Source of the DNA: an uncultured Alphaproteobacteria bacterium
GTDB taxonomy: Bacteria > Pseudomonadota > Alphaproteobacteria > Rhizobiales > Aestuariivirgaceae
DNA length: 64,000 nucleotides
NCBI GenBank assembly: GCA_963840765.1
Contig: CAWJAE010000010.1
Span: 25,540-89,539, forward strand
Direction: 5' to 3'
Program-made: the position numbers and the translations under genes
In this document: piece after piece, positions 12,600 through 23,251 of the stretch
Numbering within the stretch: position 1 is the first letter of the stretch
How the letters are laid out: the number at the start of each line of letters is the position of its first letter
Notes under the pieces: model-generated
The model's database searches: none
Seen by the model: the letters and a program-made list of their open reading frames with translations, nothing else
Told to the model about the DNA's origin: nothing

Positions 12600-13864
12600 T
12601 TATTTGCTGAGATAAACTTCAGCCGTAATTGCAGCCTTGACGGTTTCGAAAGCACTGGCCAAGGTTTCTGCCATCATTGGCAACAAAGAAATCTTTCTGG
12701 GGTCGGTGGCGCAATCTTGCAGGCGCTTGCGGGTCAGAGTGTCGTCGAGGTCAAAAGCCATGGTGATGATGGTAATACCGTTGGCCTTGGCGCTGGTGCA
12801 CAAAGTTTCCAAATTGGTTTCACCTTCGGCAGGGTGCGCTGAACCACCGGGACCAAAGCGCCGGCGGTTTGCATGCCATCGGTCAGCACGACCATGAATT
12901 TTTTGGTTTCCTTGTCCTTATATGCAGCACCTGAGTGAATGGCGCATTGGGTGACAGCATGTGATAGCCAAACTCCACACCCAGAGCGATATGGGTGTAG
13001 GAATAGGGCGTCATGATATCCAATTGATCGGTGACGACTTGCAAACTTGTCTGTGAGATCAACGATTTTCAGATGATTTGTCTTGTAGCCAGAACAACCA
13101 GGCGAGCTGCTTTACATCGTTGGCTTGTGGCTGGTTCCAATTGGACCCGTCAGCATCTGTTGGCGTTGAAGCGCTGATGTTGTCGGGGTCTTGCGGTCTG
13201 GCGTGCAGCCCGTCCAGGTTCTAGCGCCGCCGCCTTACCATGGCAGCCCGGCAAGCTCGTGTAGACATGATGGGAAAATGGCACGAGACCGAATTTCACT
13301 TTGTCAGGGTTGGACTTTGCAAGATCTTGACCAATCGTGTTGCCGCTTCCTTCATGGCAATATACTTCACTTGCCGCCAATCACTTCCTTCATAGATCCT
13401 GAATAGTCGAGCACCAAGCGCCACTTCGGCTTTCTTGTCAATTGCAATGCCGACATCGGCGAGACTTGAAGCTTCCAATTCATCGATGCCGCCCAAAGCC
13501 ATGAAGGATGTGGGCATGACCAATTCGGCGGATGATACCATGCGTTCATCTTCCACTTTGAATTCGGCTTTCACCTCGCATGGCGCTGGCCGCACCCATT
13601 TGCATATTGGTTTCAAAGCTGGCCTTGGCAATTTTAACGCGTTCGGCATCGGTGCGTTCTGCTGCCGGCAGCTGCCGCCAATGCTGCGGCATCCAGCGCC
13701 GCCTGGACCTGTGTTTGTGAAGCCATTGAAGCGCGCGAAGTCAATGGCGGCACCTGCTGCGAGCAACAGTGGAATGGCTGCGAAAACCCGCATAATGCCA
13801 ACATTGCCGATTTGGTCTGCTTTGAAACGCTTGAACAGCGATTTGGGTTGCGGGCTGCGTTCAT
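12600..13864 (-). CDS. TadG-like pilus assembly protein with vWA domain (multiple frameshifts)
   Basis: GNVGIM..AAIPLLLAAGAAIDF Tad N-terminus, LDAAALA, LVLDYSGSM, VVLTDG, CTSAKANGITIITMAF..LQDCAT. Confidence 0.78.
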
Positions 13865-13985
13865 GGTGTTCTCCTGTCTCATTCCGGCACAAGGGCGGAG
13901 GTGTTGACAAGAGGGGAGCAAGTGGCGTGACGATTGGGTAGCAGCTGGTCTTTCCAGTCGCTGGTCAGATGGTTAAGAGCATGTG

Positions 13986-14591
13986 TTAGAACGGTCGCCG
14001 CGCCCGGATGGCTTGCGTCAGCGTGCCTTCGTCGAGATAGTCCAGCTCGCCACCCACGGGCACACCATGGGCCAGGCGCGATGTGGCAAGGCCATGTTCC
14101 TTCAGTCGTTCGGTGATGTAGTGGGCCGTGGTCTGGCCTTCGACCGTGGCATTGGTGGCCAGAACAACTTCCTTCACCACCCCGTCGACGGCGCGTTCAA
14201 CCAGCTGGCCAATCGACAAGTCTTCCGGTGTCACGCCACCCAGTGCTGACAAGGTGCCGCCCAGCACATGGTAAAGCCCGCCCCAGGCATTGGCACGTTC
14301 CAGCGCCCAGACATCACCCACTTCTTCCACCACACAAATCAGGCTGCGGTCGCGGCGCGGATCCGAGCAGACGGAACAGGGATCGAGCGTATCCACATTG
14401 CCGCACTCGCTGCACACAGTCACACTTGTCTTGCGCATCTTCCAAGCGCACGCGTGAGCGGGGTCAGAAGTTTCTCGCGGTTCTTGATGAGGTGCAGCAC
14501 GGCGCGCCGGGCCGAACGCGGCCCAAGCCCCGGCAAGCGCGCCAGAAGCTGGATCAGCTCGTTCAATTTCGGGTCCGGCTTGGCGTTTCAT
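13986..14591 (-). CDS. recR: Recombination mediator RecR (indels in 5' part)
   Basis: CSECGN...CSVCSD zinc finger, [39 protein letters not shown]. Confidence 0.93.
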   Translation of the reverse strand: MKRQAGPEIERADPASGALAGAWAAFGPARRAAPHQEPRETSDPAHACAWKMRKTSVTVCSECGNVDTLDPCSVCSDPRRDRSLICVVEEVGDVWALERANAWGGLYHVLGGTLSALGGVTPEDLSIGQLVERAVDGVVKEVVLATNATVEGQTTAHYITERLKEHGLATSRLAHGVPVGGELDYLDEGTLTQAIRARRPF

Positions 14592-14592
14592 C

Positions 14593-14918
14593 TCAGAACG
14601 GCAATTTCATTCCGGGCGGCAGGGGCAAGCCGCCAGTGATGGCCTTCATTTCCTCTGCGGCGGCGGCCTCGACCTTGCCTTTGGCATCGGCGTGGGCTGC
14701 GACAAGCAGGTCTTCCAGAATTTCGCGCTCGTCTTCCTTCATCAACGAAGGATCAATGGCAACGGATTGCAGCTTGCCCTTGCCATTCATGCGTCACCTT
14801 CACCAAGCCCACCGCCGGACTGGCCGGTGATGACGAGGCTTTCCAGTTTGGTCTGCATGTCGCCCATGCGGCTCTGCATGGACGAAACCTGTTTCATGAT
14901 GTCAGCGAGATTCTTCAT
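14593..14918 (-). CDS. ybaB: YbaB/EbfC nucleoid-associated protein (frameshifted)
   Basis: [10 protein letters not shown] start; IDPSLM...[13 protein letters not shown]...[14 protein letters not shown]; sits between dnaX and recR. Confidence 0.9.
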
Positions 14919-16640
14919 CGTGGTCTTCCGTTATGTGTTCAATGGCTATAAAGGCATCGGGATCGCGCACCTTCACGATCTCGGCGCCGGGAAAGGTTTT
15001 GAGAATGGCCTGCACATCCGGCAGTTCGCGCACCTCGCGCTCGGCTGTCTGCTTCGCTTCTTTCTTCTGGCTGGATATGGTGTCGTCGCCACCGGATTTC
15101 GAGACCAAAACCATGAAGCGGCGGCCCGTCCAGGCTTCCAGCTTGCGGCTCAATTCATTGGTCAGCGTGGCTGGTGCACCGGGTTCCAGCGCCAATTCAA
15201 TTTTGCCATCCGCCACTGAAATCGGGCGCACAAAGCGTTCGAGTTCGGTCTTCAGTTTCACATCGCGCTTGTCATTGGCCAGGGCCACGATCTGCTCGAA
15301 TCGCGTAAGTCGCCATCGACGGTGCAGCTGCGTTTCAACTTGTGGCGGTTCGGCCGGCTTCAACGCCAGCGGCAGGGCCGGCAGAAGCTGGTCCGCCTGG
15401 AAATCATTGCGCGGCTGCATCTCGCGCTCAAGTGGTGTTGGGGCGGGTGGCTGCCGCCTGATGGGCCTTCACCAGTTTCACCAGATCATCACCCACGGGC
15501 AAGTCCGACGCATGGCACAAGCCGGATCAAGCACCATTTCCGCCGCCTGCTCAGGGCGTGCGGCGGTGGCGGTTTCAGCAATACCTTTCAGCAGCATTTG
15601 CCAGGCCCGCGCCAGATGCGGCACGGAAAGCGTTGCTGGCAAATTCGGCGCCCGTGGTTTTTCAATGTCCGGTGCGTGACGCGTCCTGCTGGGCGGAATT
15701 GCGGCACAATCTTGTTGCGGGTCACCCAATGGGTGAAATCCGCAAGATCCGTCAAAATGGTTTGCGGGTCACCGCCGCCATCATATTGCGTGGCAAATTC
15801 CGAAAGTGCGGTTTGCGTGTCACCCTTCATGCACGGCCTCGAACAAATCGATGACGCGCGTGCGATCCATCACGCCGAGCATGGACAGCACATCAGCGGT
15901 TTTCACATTGCCATCGCCATAGGCAATGGCTTGATCGAGCAATGACAAGCCATCGCGCACCGAACCTTCGGCAGCCCGCGCAATCATGCGCAGGGCCTCA
16001 TCGTCAGCATCGGCACCTTCCAGCGCGCAAATGCTGGCCATAGTGCTCCGTCAACAGGCCTGCATCCAGCCGCTTCAAATCAAAGCGTTGGCAGCGTGAC
16101 AGAATGGTGACGGGAACTTTGCGGATTTCGGTTGTGGCGAAAATGAACTTCACATGGGGCGGCGGCTCTTCCAGCGTTTTCAACAGCGCGTTGAAAGCGC
16201 TTTTCGACAGCATGTGCACTTCGTCGATAATGTAGACCTTGATGCGCGCCTGCACGGGCGCATAGCGCACGCGAGTCAATGATCTCGCGCATGTTATCAA
16301 CGCCGGTGTTGGACGCGGCGTCCATCTCGATCACGTCCATGTGGCGCGATTCCAATATGGCTTCGCACTGTGGCGTGATTTCGGCCATGTCGATGGTGGG
16401 GCCGGGCGGGTAATTCAACGCCCGCGCAATCAGCCGTGCCGTGGTGGTTTTGCCAACCCCGCGCACACCCGTCAGCATATAGGCTTGGGCAATGCGGCCC
16501 GTGGCAAAGGCATTGGTCAGGGTGCGCACCAGCGCCTCTTGGCCGATCAGATCAGCAAAGGTCTTGGGGCGGTATTTGCGAGCCAGAACGCGGTAAGCGA
16601 CGGCATTCTGGTTGCTGGTTTCAGACATGGATGCTGTCAT
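14902..16640 (-). CDS. dnaX: DNA polymerase III subunit gamma/tau (multiple frameshifts)
   Basis: [76 protein letters not shown]. Confidence 0.93.
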
Positions 16641-16704
16641 AGCGCAATGAATGAGCAAATGGGAACCATTTGCGACCGGAAAATTGCTTGAAAATATCTG
16701 AAGT

Positions 16705-16797
16705 GGAAGGCTGGCAGCAACCCGCTAAAATCTCGTTGGGGCTGCTACCTTCCGGTCCTGACCCGGTTGGCGAGCATAACGCCTGCGCCAACCTTCC
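16705..16797 (-). ncRNA. ffs: Signal recognition particle 4.5S RNA
   Basis: Minus strand contains CCGGGTCAGGACCGGAAGGTAGCAGCC (domain IV), closed by GGAAGGTTGGC/GCCAGCCTTCC; upstream of dnaX as usual. Confidence 0.95.
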
Positions 16798-16893
16798 GAG
16801 GCGCTATATGGTGGTTTTGCCCCTAAAACGCAAGCCTTGGAAGCATGGCTTGGAAGGTTGACGGGTTTCGCGGCCTCCACTATCTGATCGGCC

Positions 16894-17414
16894 ATGACGA
16901 TCGACCCGATCATCACCCTGCCCGACGAAAAGATCCTGCGTCAGTTGTCCGCGCCCTTGAAAGCCGTGGATGCGGACGCGCGGCAGCTTTTTGATGACAT
17001 GCTGGAAACCATGTATGATGCACCTGGCATTGGCCTTGCCGCCATCCAAATCGGCGTGCCGCGCCGTGCCGTGGTGATTGACCTTGCAAAAGAGGGCGAA
17101 GAGACCAAAGCCAATGTTCTTCGCCAATCCCGAAATCATCTGGGCCTCAGATCTGCGCAGTGACTATGAAGAAGGCTGCCTTTCCATTCCTGATTTTTAT
17201 GAGATGGTGGAACGCCCGCGAGATGTGAAAGTGCGCTATCTCGACCGCATGGGTGAACCCCATGAAATTGAAGCGTCAGGGCTTGCTGGCCACGTGCTTG
17301 CAGCACGAGATTGACCATCTCAATGGCGTTCTGTTCATTGATTATATTTCAAAGTTGAAGCGCGACCGCGTGATCAAGAAATTTCAGAAGGCCCAAAAAC
17401 TGGGGAAGATCTGA
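16894..17414 (+). CDS. def: Peptide deformylase (frameshifted)
   Basis: [27 protein letters not shown]; TGA overlaps fmt ATG. Confidence 0.93.
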
Positions 17415-18323
17415 TGCGCCTTGTGTTCATGGGCACGCCGGATTTTTCGGTCACGGTTTTGAAAGCCTTGCTTGCAGCGAGACATGAGATTGTTTGTGTC
17501 TACGCCCAGCCGCCACGGCCCGCAGGCCGCGGCATGGCGTTGCGCCCCACCCCGGTTCATGCCTTTGCCGAAGCGCACGGCATAGAAGTGCGCACACCGA
17601 TTTCGCTGAAAGCACCGGACGAACAGGACCGTTTCAATGCATTGAAGGCAGATGCTGCAGTGGTTGTGGCCTATGGCTTGCTGTTGCCGAAAGCCAGTTC
17701 TGGATGCGCCCACGTTCGGCTGTTTCAATGTTCACGCCTCGCTTCTGCCACGCTGGCGGGGGGCAGCGCCCATCCAGCGCGCCATCATGGCGGGGGACAC
17801 CGCAATCGGGCGTTACCATCATGCGGATGGATGAGGGTTTGGATACCGGCCCGATGATGGACGGTGGCCTTTTGCACCGATCGACGACAGAACGACTGCC
17901 TCAAGTTTACATGAAGACCTTGCGCAACTGGGTGCCAAGGCCATGGTCGATGTATTATCGAAACCCCTCCTTGCAGGTGAACCGCAGCCCACGGAAGGCG
18001 TGACTTACGCCAAGAAAATTGACAAGCCCGAAGCGCATATTGATTTCAGCAAACCTGCGCCCGAAGTGTTGCGCCATATCCATGGCCTGTCGCCTTTTCC
18101 CGGTGCATGGATGATGGTGAATGGCACACGGGTGAAGGTGTTGCGCTGCGCATTGGCAAATGGCTCAGGCAAAGCTGGAACATTCATCGATGACGCTTTG
18201 ACCATTGCCTGCGGGCAGGGTGCCATTCAATGTCTTGAGCTTCAACGCGAAGGCAAGGGAGCGATGGATGCACAAACATTCTTGCGCGGCTTTGCCATTG
18301 CTACAGGCACACAGGCCAGCTGA
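17414..18323 (+). CDS. fmt: Methionyl-tRNA formyltransferase (frameshifted)
   Basis: [54 protein letters not shown]. Confidence 0.93.
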
Positions 18324-19096
18324 TGCCGCGCTACAAGCTTCTCATTGAATATGACGGTACGCATTTTGCCGGATGGCAGATGCAGGACACATTGCCCACC
18401 GTGCAAGGTGTGTTGGAAGCGGCAATCCAGAAGCTGCACGGCCAGCGCCATCTGGTTTATGGCGCAGGCCGCACGGATGCGGGCGTTCATGCCATGGGCC
18501 AGGTGGCCCATGTGGATTTGCCCCGCAGTTGGGACCCGTTTGAATTGCGCAACGCCATCAACGGCAATGTGCGCCCGCATCTTGTCAGCGTGATTGAGGT
18601 TGAAGAAGTTTCGATGGACTTTCATGCCCGCTTCAAGGCAACGCAGCGGCGCTATCTGTTTCGCATTCTCAATCGCCGCGCACCGCCGGCACTGGACCGT
18701 AACAAAGTGTGGCATGTGCCAACACCACTTGATGCAGAGGCCATGCATGATGCTGCACAAATTCTGGTGGGTACGCATGACTTCACCACGTTTCGCGCCA
18801 CCAGCTGCCAAGCCTTGTCGCCCGTAAAAACCCTCGATGTATTGAAAGTGTCGCGCTACGGCGAAGAGATTGAAATTGAAGCTGTGAGCCGCAGTTTTCT
18901 ACACAATCAGGTGCGCAGCATGGTGGGCACATTGAAATTGGTGGGTGAAGGAAAATGGACAGCGCGCGATGTGCAAAAGGCACTTGCTGCCAAAGACCGA
19001 AGGGCTTGCGGCATGGTTTCCCCTCCCGACGGGCTATATTTAGTCAGTGTTGGTTTTGACAATTTACTCAGCAGCACGGCGCAGGGTGAATTGTGA
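18323..19096 (+). CDS. truA: tRNA pseudouridine(38-40) synthase
   Basis: YDGTHFAGWQ, GAGRTDAGVHA, FHARF, GTHDFTTFR, SFLHNQVRSMVG. Confidence 0.96.
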   Translation: MPRYKLLIEYDGTHFAGWQMQDTLPTVQGVLEAAIQKLHGQRHLVYGAGRTDAGVHAMGQVAHVDLPRSWDPFELRNAINGNVRPHLVSVIEVEEVSMDFHARFKATQRRYLFRILNRRAPPALDRNKVWHVPTPLDAEAMHDAAQILVGTHDFTTFRATSCQALSPVKTLDVLKVSRYGEEIEIEAVSRSFLHNQVRSMVGTLKLVGEGKWTARDVQKALAAKDRRACGMVSPPDGLYLVSVGFDNLLSSTAQGEL

Positions 19097-22000
19097 CAAG
19101 GCAGCCCGCAAAGCCGCAGGCTTCACGGGCTTGCGCAAATAGAGAAGCCCCCGTTTTTCCGCCTTATCCCGCACCCGCACACTGCGGTCTGCGGTAATCA
19201 ATATCGCTGGCACTTCGCGCTTCATTTGCTTGCGCAATTGGGTGACGAGTTCGATGCCGTCTTCATCGTTGATGTGATAGTCAACCAGCAAGGCATCGAG
19301 ATGAAGTTCAACTTCAGCTACTTTCAAAGCATCGGCTGTGGATGTGGCCGTGCTGACATGAACACCCCAGCCTGACAGCAACGCCTTCAACCCATCTACG
19401 ATGGAGATTTCATTGTCGATTGCCAGAACACGCATGCCCTTCAACACGCTTGCGTGCTGGATGTTTGGTTGCGCTTCATCCAGTGCCACCACTTCGCCCT
19501 TGCCCAATGGAACGCGGACCCCAAACATCGTGCCTTTGTCAATGTGGGATGTCAGTGACAAGGGATGCCGCAACACGCTGCACATGCGCTCCACAATCGA
19601 TAAACCCAAGCCTAGGCCCGGTGCTGCCCCCTTGTCACGGCCCAAGCGTTCAAACTCCAGGAAGATGGTTTTCTGCTGTGCTTCGGGAATGCCAAGCCCC
19701 GTATCATAAATGCGAATTTCAACCGACGTGCCAACCCGTTTGCAGCCCATGACCACGCGACCCTGTGCCGTATATTTAATGGCATTGGAAATCAGGTTCT
19801 GCAAAATGCGGCGCAATAGTTTGCGGTCGCTGCGCACAATAGTGCTTGATGACAATATGCGGAGGTCGAGATTTTTCTGTGCGGCAAGTGGTGCAAATTC
19901 CTGCGCCAACGGCGTTAGAATATCCTGTAATCGGAACAGACTGAACTCCGGTTTTACCGCACCCGCATCAAAGCGGGAAATGTCGAGCACGGTTGAAAGT
20001 ATATCTTCCACCGCCTCCAGAGATTGGTCCACATTGCGCACCCATTGATCGGTTTTTCCACCATCGGCATTTTCCACGAGGGATGAGGTGAACAAGCGTG
20101 CGGCATTTAACGGCTGCAAAATGTCATGGCTGGCGGCTGCGATAAAACGTGTTTTGCTTAAATTCGCAGTCTCCGCCTGGGCCTTGGCGCGGGCCAGTTC
20201 ATCATTCAGCTTGGTCAATTCAGCGGTGCGTTCGCGCACACGGTGTTCCAGTGTTTCATTGGCCAGTTGCAGGGCATCGGCGGCGGCCACACTTTGCGTC
20301 ACATCCGTAATGGTGAGCACGATGCCGCCATCGGGCAACACCGCACTCTGCATATCCACCACTTTGCGTGACGCAACAAAGCGTTCGCGGAAAATATCAC
20401 GGCCAAAATTAAGCGCGTTCACGCGTATGCCAACAGCAGCTGCATCCAATTTATTTTCGGTCTGTGCTGAAACACAGGTCAAAATATCAGCAAGCGGCGT
20501 TGCCACCTGACAAAGTGTGGCTGGCAATTGCAACACATCCAGAAAATGCGGATTCCAGATGATAAGATCACCGCGTTCTGAAAAAACGGCAATGCCTTGC
20601 GGCATGTTATCAATAGCAGATTGGAGCAGTTTGCGGCTGGCTTGAATGGCAGTTGAGGCATCATCCAGAAGCTGCATGGCCTTGCGTGAGCCTTGGGCGT
20701 GACGCTCCAATAACAACGCCATGACCAAGCGCGAAGACGCCGGCCCCACGGCAGATGCCACAAGATGTTCCCCGTGATTAAGGCTTACAATGTCAGCTTC
20801 CAGTTTCGGGTCATCGTCCATGTCGCGGGAGGCCGCAAGATCAGCGAAGGCGGCGCGGGCCCGTTCACTGCCCAAATAGCGTGCCACAGTTTGCTCCAGC
20901 AGCGCCATGGAAATGCTTGAACGCCACAACCTGAAACCCGGATTTGCCGTGCCTTGTAAATCTTGGGCAGTAAAAATATTGGCTTGCAGTTGCTCAATGC
21001 GGCTGGGCGCGCGCATCAATGAAAAGCCTACATAAGCGGCGATGTTGCAGGTCAAGGACCAGATCACACCATGCGTTAAAGGATCAAATTCCAAGCCAAG
21101 CAATTGTCGTGGTTTCAGGGCTGCAATGCCAAAGATGCCGTCTATTAAAATCCTGTTGTCGATCCAACCTGAATCAACAAAGGATGGAATGAGCAGTGTG
21201 AAAGCCCACACCACAAAACCCGCCAAAATGCCAGCCACCGCACCGCGGGCGGTTGCATTGCGCCACATCAGGCCACCAAAAAATGCCGGTGCAAATTGCG
21301 CAACGGCGGCAAATGAAATCAAGCCTGTTTGCGCCAGCGCGGCGGAATTGCCCGCAGACCAGAAATAGACATAGGCCAAGGCCAGGATCAAACAAATGAT
21401 CATGCGGCGAATGGTGATGAGGGCTGGGCTTTTGTCGCCGCTGGGTGAGTGTTGGAAAATGTTGTTTTCGCCCTGCCGCAACAACACCAAGGGCACGATC
21501 ACGTTGTTGGAAATCATGATGGCCAAGGCGATGGTTTCCACAATCACCATGGCCGTGGCGGCTGATACACCGCCTACGAAAGCAATGAAGGCAATGCCAT
21601 TCGCTTGCGCGGCGACGGGCAAAGCCAATACATACGTGTCGCCATCGACGCCCGGCAATAGCGCCAACCCCATGATGGCAATAGGGGCCACAAATATGTT
21701 GATGGCCACCAGATAGAGTGGAAACAACCAAGCCGCGCGGCGCACGTCGTTGCCATGGGCATTTTCCACCACGGCCACATGAAATTGCCGCGGTAAAAGC
21801 AACATGGCGCAGGCTGATAAAAACGTCACGGTGATCCAGCGGCCACCATCAGGTCCTTGCGAAAACACATTGGCTATTTCAGGCGTTTTTTGCGCAATGT
21901 CTAAAAGTGCTGATGGCCCACCTGCAAGACCAAAGACCACGAACAGGCCCACCGTCAAAAATGCCATAAGCTTCACAACGCTTTCAACCGCAATGGCCAA

Positions 22001-22594
22001 CATCAAGCCATCTTGGTGTTCAGTGGCGTCGATATGTCGTGTGCCAAACAGCATAGCGAAGGCGGCCAATGCGATGGTCACAAACAACGCCAGATCGCCG
22101 CCCATCGTTTCAGGCAGCCACGCTGCATTGCTCCAACCACTGGCGTCCATCATGGTTTGCAGCGAGAACGAGAGCGCCTTGAGCTGGATGGAAATATAGG
22201 GAACGATGCCGATGGTGGCGATGATGGCGACGAGTGCGCCCAAGCCTTCATTCTTACCATAGCGGGCGGCAATAAAGTCGGCGATGGATGCAATGTTCTG
22301 GCCCTTGGCCAAAAGCACCACGCGGCTGATGAGGGGCGCACCCAATGCGAACAACAGAATTGGTCCGAGATAAACTGGAATAAAATCAAAGCCCGTGCGC
22401 GACGCTGCACCCACGCTGCCGAAATAGGTCCAGGAGGTGCAATATACCGCCAGTGACAAGGCATAAATCAAGGGTTTTGGCCTGCGGTGCTTGGCGCGCG
22501 CGGTCGACTTTGCATCGCCCCATGTGGCAACTGCAAACAGCAGCCCCACATAGGCCAAGCTCACGATTAACACTGTCCAACCTTGGATGGCCAT
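19064..22594 (-). CDS. Hybrid sensor kinase with SLC5 (Na+/solute symporter)-STAC-PAS-HisKA-HATPase-REC domains, CrbS/MxtR/PrlS-like
   Basis: YALSLAVYCTSWTYFGSVG, LLPRQFHVAVVEN, AASHDILQPLNAARLF, NAIKYT, GLGLGL, C-terminal receiver LVDYH. Confidence 0.92.
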   Translation of the reverse strand: MAIQGWTVLIVSLAYVGLLFAVATWGDAKSTARAKHRRPKPLIYALSLAVYCTSWTYFGSVGAASRTGFDFIPVYLGPILLFALGAPLISRVVLLAKGQNIASIADFIAARYGKNEGLGALVAIIATIGIVPYISIQLKALSFSLQTMMDASGWSNAAWLPETMGGDLALFVTIALAAFAMLFGTRHIDATEHQDGLMLAIAVESVVKLMAFLTVGLFVVFGLAGGPSALLDIAQKTPEIANVFSQGPDGGRWITVTFLSACAMLLLPRQFHVAVVENAHGNDVRRAAWLFPLYLVAINIFVAPIAIMGLALLPGVDGDTYVLALPVAAQANGIAFIAFVGGVSAATAMVIVETIALAIMISNNVIVPLVLLRQGENNIFQHSPSGDKSPALITIRRMIICLILALAYVYFWSAGNSAALAQTGLISFAAVAQFAPAFFGGLMWRNATARGAVAGILAGFVVWAFTLLIPSFVDSGWIDNRILIDGIFGIAALKPRQLLGLEFDPLTHGVIWSLTCNIAAYVGFSLMRAPSRIEQLQANIFTAQDLQGTANPGFRLWRSSISMALLEQTVARYLGSERARAAFADLAASRDMDDDPKLEADIVSLNHGEHLVASAVGPASSRLVMALLLERHAQGSRKAMQLLDDASTAIQASRKLLQSAIDNMPQGIAVFSERGDLIIWNPHFLDVLQLPATLCQVATPLADILTCVSAQTENKLDAAAVGIRVNALNFGRDIFRERFVASRKVVDMQSAVLPDGGIVLTITDVTQSVAAADALQLANETLEHRVRERTAELTKLNDELARAKAQAETANLSKTRFIAAASHDILQPLNAARLFTSSLVENADGGKTDQWVRNVDQSLEAVEDILSTVLDISRFDAGAVKPEFSLFRLQDILTPLAQEFAPLAAQKNLDLRILSSSTIVRSDRKLLRRILQNLISNAIKYTAQGRVVMGCKRVGTSVEIRIYDTGLGIPEAQQKTIFLEFERLGRDKGAAPGLGLGLSIVERMCSVLRHPLSLTSHIDKGTMFGVRVPLGKGEVVALDEAQPNIQHASVLKGMRVLAIDNEISIVDGLKALLSGWGVHVSTATSTADALKVAEVELHLDALLVDYHINDEDGIELVTQLRKQMKREVPAILITADRSVRVRDKAEKRGLLYLRKPVKPAALRAALSQFTLRRAAE

Positions 22595-22750
22595 TTTTTC
22601 TCCCGACGCCTCTTTTGGACCAGTCGGGTTGAAATGAGCAAGTTGGAAAAGCCACTTGGATAAATCTTACCAATAGATTAATGTGTTTTCTGGCTTTGGG
22701 GGTTCCGGGGCCGGAAAAAATTACATCTGGATCCAAGGGGAATACCAAAT

Positions 22751-23182
22751 ATGTGGAATGAATTTAAGAACTTCGCGTTCAAAGGCAATGCTTTTGATCT
22801 CGCTATCGGCGTAATCATGGGCGGTGCATTCGGCAAAATCGTTGAATCATTGGTCAATCATCTGATCATGCCAATCGTAGCTGCTGTTTTCGGCAGCCCT
22901 AACTTTGATAACATCTTCGTGCCGCTGAGCTCAGCAGTAAATAGCCCGGTTTTTGCCGAGGCCACCAAGCAAGGACCGGTTTTGGGAATTGGTGCTTTCA
23001 TCACCGTTCTCATCAACTTCCTCATCCTCGCATTTGTGCTTTTGCAACTCGTGAAAGTTTCGACCCGTTTGAAGAAGGCTGAACCTGCTCCACCACCCGC
23101 AGGTCCGTCGGCTTCGGAAGTTTTGCTTGCTGAAATTCGTGACTTTTTGAAGGCGCCAGCCGCCGCTGCAAAGAAGAAGTAA
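22751..23182 (+). CDS. mscL: Large-conductance mechanosensitive channel
   Basis: EFKNFAFKGNAFDLAIGVIMGGAFGKIV, INFLILAF, LLAEIRD. Confidence 0.96.
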   Translation: MWNEFKNFAFKGNAFDLAIGVIMGGAFGKIVESLVNHLIMPIVAAVFGSPNFDNIFVPLSSAVNSPVFAEATKQGPVLGIGAFITVLINFLILAFVLLQLVKVSTRLKKAEPAPPPAGPSASEVLLAEIRDFLKAPAAAAKKK

Positions 23183-23204
23183 TATTTTATCACGTCTACT
23201 TTGG

Positions 23205-23237
23205 AACCCGCGGGCCTTGCCCGCGGGTTTTCTTTTT
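23205..23237 (+). terminator. Rho-independent terminator after mscL
   Basis: AACCCGCGGGC-CTT-GCCCGCGGGTT followed by TTCTTTTT. Confidence 0.85.
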
Positions 23238-23251
23238 GCTCATGTGCTTCC

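Noticed and set aside
14902-16640. Programmed frameshift in dnaX (gamma/tau)
   Set aside because: Many breaks, including within the AAA+ core; no E. coli-type A-AAA-AAG slippery site with stimulator seen; neighbouring genes equally broken
8366-18323. Calling the broken genes pseudogenes
   Set aside because: Includes essential genes with intact catalytic motifs; the error pattern fits a sequencing artefact
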